64,000 nt of DNA from Octopus bimaculoides (lineage: Eukaryota): positions 22,812,928 to 22,876,927 of the forward strand of contig NC_069001.1 in NCBI RefSeq assembly GCF_001194135.2. Reading direction: 5' to 3'. A program made the translations under genes and the position numbers. Position 1 is the first letter of the stretch. Each line of letters begins with the position of its first letter. The notes under the pieces are model-generated. The model was not told where the DNA came from and did no database searches. It saw only the letters and a list, made by a program, of their open reading frames with translations. Shown here one piece after another: positions 60,735 to 64,000 of the stretch.

Positions 60735-61404
60735 CGCTGAGATCAACTTTTCCTTTCATCTTTTAAGATCGATGTAAATGGCTAACACCCACCCCTGAAA
60801 TTGCTGGTATTGTGTCCAAATTTGGAACCATTATTATTATCATTGTTATTATTATTATTAATCCTTTTATTCACTCAGCATCTCCTTCTTCTGCCAAAAT
60901 TGGATCACTAGATATCAAACTGCATCTCCCATCTCCTCAAGCACAGCATATTGCCAAAGGTCCCTGTCACTTAACATTTCCATAAGTCCCAACATTCAAA
61001 GGTTGCTGCTTATGTGCCACTGGCAACAGCTGCTGGTTACATGACACCAGGACAGGCTGCAGCTATGGTTTCACTTGGCTTGACGGGTCTTCTCAAGCAT
61101 GGCATGTCATCAAAGGTCTCAGTCACTTACCACCTCCACGAGGCCCAACGTTTGAAGGGTGCTTGTTATGTGACACCAGTATCAGTCACGACAATCACAC
61201 ACCCTTTTTAGGGTTATTGCTGTGACAAGCAAATAGGCTTTCTATAGGAGCTGGAAAATCACCTCAATATCTGACATTTTGAACCAGCCATTTAAACTTG
61301 TCACTGTTTCTAAGTTCCCTATTAAAGCTGAGTTAAGGACAACTTCACCACTAGCCCCCACTTGCACTTTTTATTGTTGTTGCTGTTATAGCTGTCGCTG
61401 CTAA

Positions 61405-61610
61405 GGCTGTGAGGTTGCAGAACTGTTATCATGCTGGGCAAAATGCTTAGTGTCGTTTCCTCTGCATTTACATTCTGAGTTCAAATTCCACTAAGGTTGA
61501 CTTTGTCTTTCATCCTTTCAGGGTCGATAAACTGAGTACCAGTTGAATCTTGGAGTCCATGTGATCGATTGTCCCCCTCCCCTGAAGTTGCTGGCCTTGT
61601 GCCAAAATGT
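61405..61610 (+). mobile_element. SINE family B (another copy at 60488-60660)
   Basis: GCAGAACTGTTATCATGCTGGGCAAAATGCTTAG ... GAGTTCAAATTCC. Confidence 0.8.
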
Positions 61611-62639
61611 GAAGCTGCTATTACTGTAGCTGCTGCTGCTGCTGCAGCTGTTGTTGTAGTTGTTATTGCTGCTGTTGTTGTTGTTGTTGTTGTTGTTGTT
61701 CAGCATACAAGTTAAGAGTCATTTTCAGCTTGAGTGTTTGGTAGATGTTTTAGTACAATGCGTGTAGCCGTTTGGCACATAGCAACACAAAATGTTATTC
61801 TTGATTGTAGAAATAACACGATGATAATATAAAGCTATAGGGAATTAAATGTTTTGCTTTGTTTACAGAGAATCACTATTACAGCTTTCTTTATGTAAAA
61901 TATTTGAAATGCTAGGGAGAAAAGTGATGGCAGAATGAATAAGAGCAACATTAACAACAATGAACAGAGAAAATTATTGAATAATTTTGAAGTATGCAGT
62001 TCTAAAATTATTAGAATATAAAAAAAAAAAAAATTATAATAATTTGAGTATTTTGGAAAAGGGAAAATATCAAAAGCAAACATTCAACCACTTGAAAGCA
62101 AATAGCAAACACATAAACATTCATATATACAAGTGCAAACATATGCATATATATTCAAACATTTATGCAAAAATATGCTAACACATGAATATATATACTT
62201 AAACATATAAAGAGAAACGCATAGATGTAGAACTTGCTAACAAATACAAAGGCATGAGGATGCATATGCACATATGATGCATATGATGCATATGCACATA
62301 TGATGCTGCAGATAAAAAAAAATGTTATGCCTCATTTCACAGGAAAATATGATTATTTTTGTTGTTTAGCCTAAGGTCGGTCAGTTTATGATTAATCACA
62401 TTCTAAGCTATGATCATCTCATCTTTTTTTCTCTAGACCTTGTGAATTTAGCACTACATTGTTTAATACATTCTTCCTTTTCTAAGTAGGCACAGAGCAG
62501 TTTGAGGAAGATTTGACTGCTATTTCTAATAGGTCCTATACATCTAGAACCATGTTGGACAATGCATACTTTCTTCTTAAAATTACAAGATGAGATTTTG
62601 GGTGGGTTTTCATATTATACTGTAATTAAAATATATCTT

Positions 62640-62900
62640 TGTTGTGTCTTTTCTCTAAGTATTTTCACGGCTATTGCTTGCTCAGATGAAATTCGTGGTC
62701 TAGTACCTTCTGTCAAAACCTTTAAACATGTCACCTGCTTCTCTTCCCTGCTGCATTGTTTCTTTGTTGAGTCCCCAGCTAGTCATAAGTCTTTTTATTC
62801 TCGGTTTCTTTCCTTGAACTGCTACACTTTATCGCTCATTCCCATCATCATATTTACCTTGGGTCTATTATATTCAGTTCTTTAAGTCTCCTGTCAGTCA
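62640..62900 (+). mobile_element. CR1/L2-group LINE 3' coding relic
   Basis: CSDEIRGLVPSVKTFKHVTCFSSLLHCFFVESP..KSFYSRF resembles the post-RT C-terminus of CR1-like LINEs. Confidence 0.5.
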
Positions 62901-63064
62901 GCACCTTTTCGAATTTGTAGACCCCTTTTTTTCCTACATTGTAGTCCTTTATGCTTACAGTGACCTCAAGCTTTGTATGAGATAAAATCACATAAGAAAA
63001 ATGGTCTTGCTATTGGAATAGATACGTAAACTAAAGTGATGTAAAGATGAGTATATTCATTTAT

Positions 63065-63215
63065 AGGATTGCAGGAGCAAAGAGAAAACATGAGCTGTAC
63101 AAGTCCAGAGCCAACCCCTTGCCTTCATTCGTGCCAGACCACCAGTGCCCAACCTGCAACAGCTTGATCAGCCACAACCAGATGCACCATGACTCATCTT
63201 CTTCTCTCATGTGAT
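63065..63215 (+). mobile_element. RTE-type LINE extreme 3' fragment
   Basis: AKRKHELYKSR..HQCPTCNSLISHNQMH resembles the terminal C2H2-like motif (CPxCxRxxxxRIGLxSH). Confidence 0.45.
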
Positions 63216-64000
63216 GTCTTTAGACATTGTCAACAACAACAGATAAACATTGATATAATATTTGTTTACATGCAATGGATTAGGGATCCATTTTTGTTTG
63301 TAGGTATGTTCTTATAGTTTATCTTCATATTATTATCTACAAATAAAGGGCCACAAGTTGGCCAAGTTATTTAAACATTGGACAGAATGCTTTGCAGTAT
63401 TTGTTCTATCACTTTATGTACTGGGTCCAAATCCTATCAAAGTCAATTCTATCTTTCATCCATCTGGAGTCAATAGAAAAGTCCCAGTCCAAGTTAATGG
63501 ATTGGCAGAAGTGTAAGAACTGGATGCCTTGTGGTATTTATTCAGGCACTCTGCATTCTGAATTGAAATCCTGTTGTAAACTACTTGCATTGTAAACTTA
63601 ACTCATCACTTGCCTTAACACCACCACATGGCACATTTTGTGCCTTTACAAGAGTCAACTCTACTGCAAACACTCAAGGCCTGGTCTTCAGTTTGAAGAA
63701 TCCTTCTCTCTTTTTTTCACCAGTTTCAGAGGCCTTGTAGTGAATCTTAGGTACTCTTTCCATTCCTACCATCAAATATTATTTACATATATATGCACGC
63801 ATGCACAAACACACACACACCACCACCATGTATGTATATGTTCTTTTTCTCTTTCTAATTTGGAATAAATTTTGACTAGCTACCAACTTGATGGCAAGAT
63901 TACAAAGGAAAGCATCTTATTTTGTTCCTCATCCTTTAAATCTTCAAAAGGTCTTGCAGATTTTTATACTCCCAGGTATTGTGATCATTGTACACTTCAG

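Noticed and set aside
1-64000. CRISPR arrays, rRNA genes or prokaryotic operons
   Set aside because: None seen; the window is eukaryotic repeat-rich DNA and its periodic sequences are simple microsatellites.

Overview
AT-rich, microsatellite-dense animal genomic DNA with 7 N-gaps (3816-3943, 4837-5020, 30027-30087, 31830-32341, 45251-45564, 46763-46772, 59447-59659). The repeat families resemble those I recall from Octopus/coleoid cephalopods; this is an inference, not database-checked. No intact long CDS is visible and nearly all listed ORFs are microsatellite or repeat read-through. The window is mostly tRNA-derived SINEs (here called families A, B, D), RTE-LINE 3' ends, TTAA- and TA-flanked MITEs, and decayed mariner, Gypsy, CRE, CR1-like, Harbinger-like and Helitron-like relics. 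Best observations: (1) a tRNA-headed SINE-like element (2 copies) whose tail folds into a minimal type-I hammerhead ribozyme of the Penelope-associated kind, plus a second, degenerate hammerhead-like tail family; (2) a TIR transposon with convergent SAP-domain and THAP-domain ORF starts; (3) a locally duplicated, decayed intron-containing unit with an acidic ORF; (4) SINE-B multimers with the same junction at two loci; (5) weak splice-signal-only candidates for a plus-strand micropeptide transcript and minus-strand exons; (6) several long hairpins. Repeat boundaries are approximate (about +/-20 nt) unless motifs are quoted; all protein-family calls are by-eye motif recognition.
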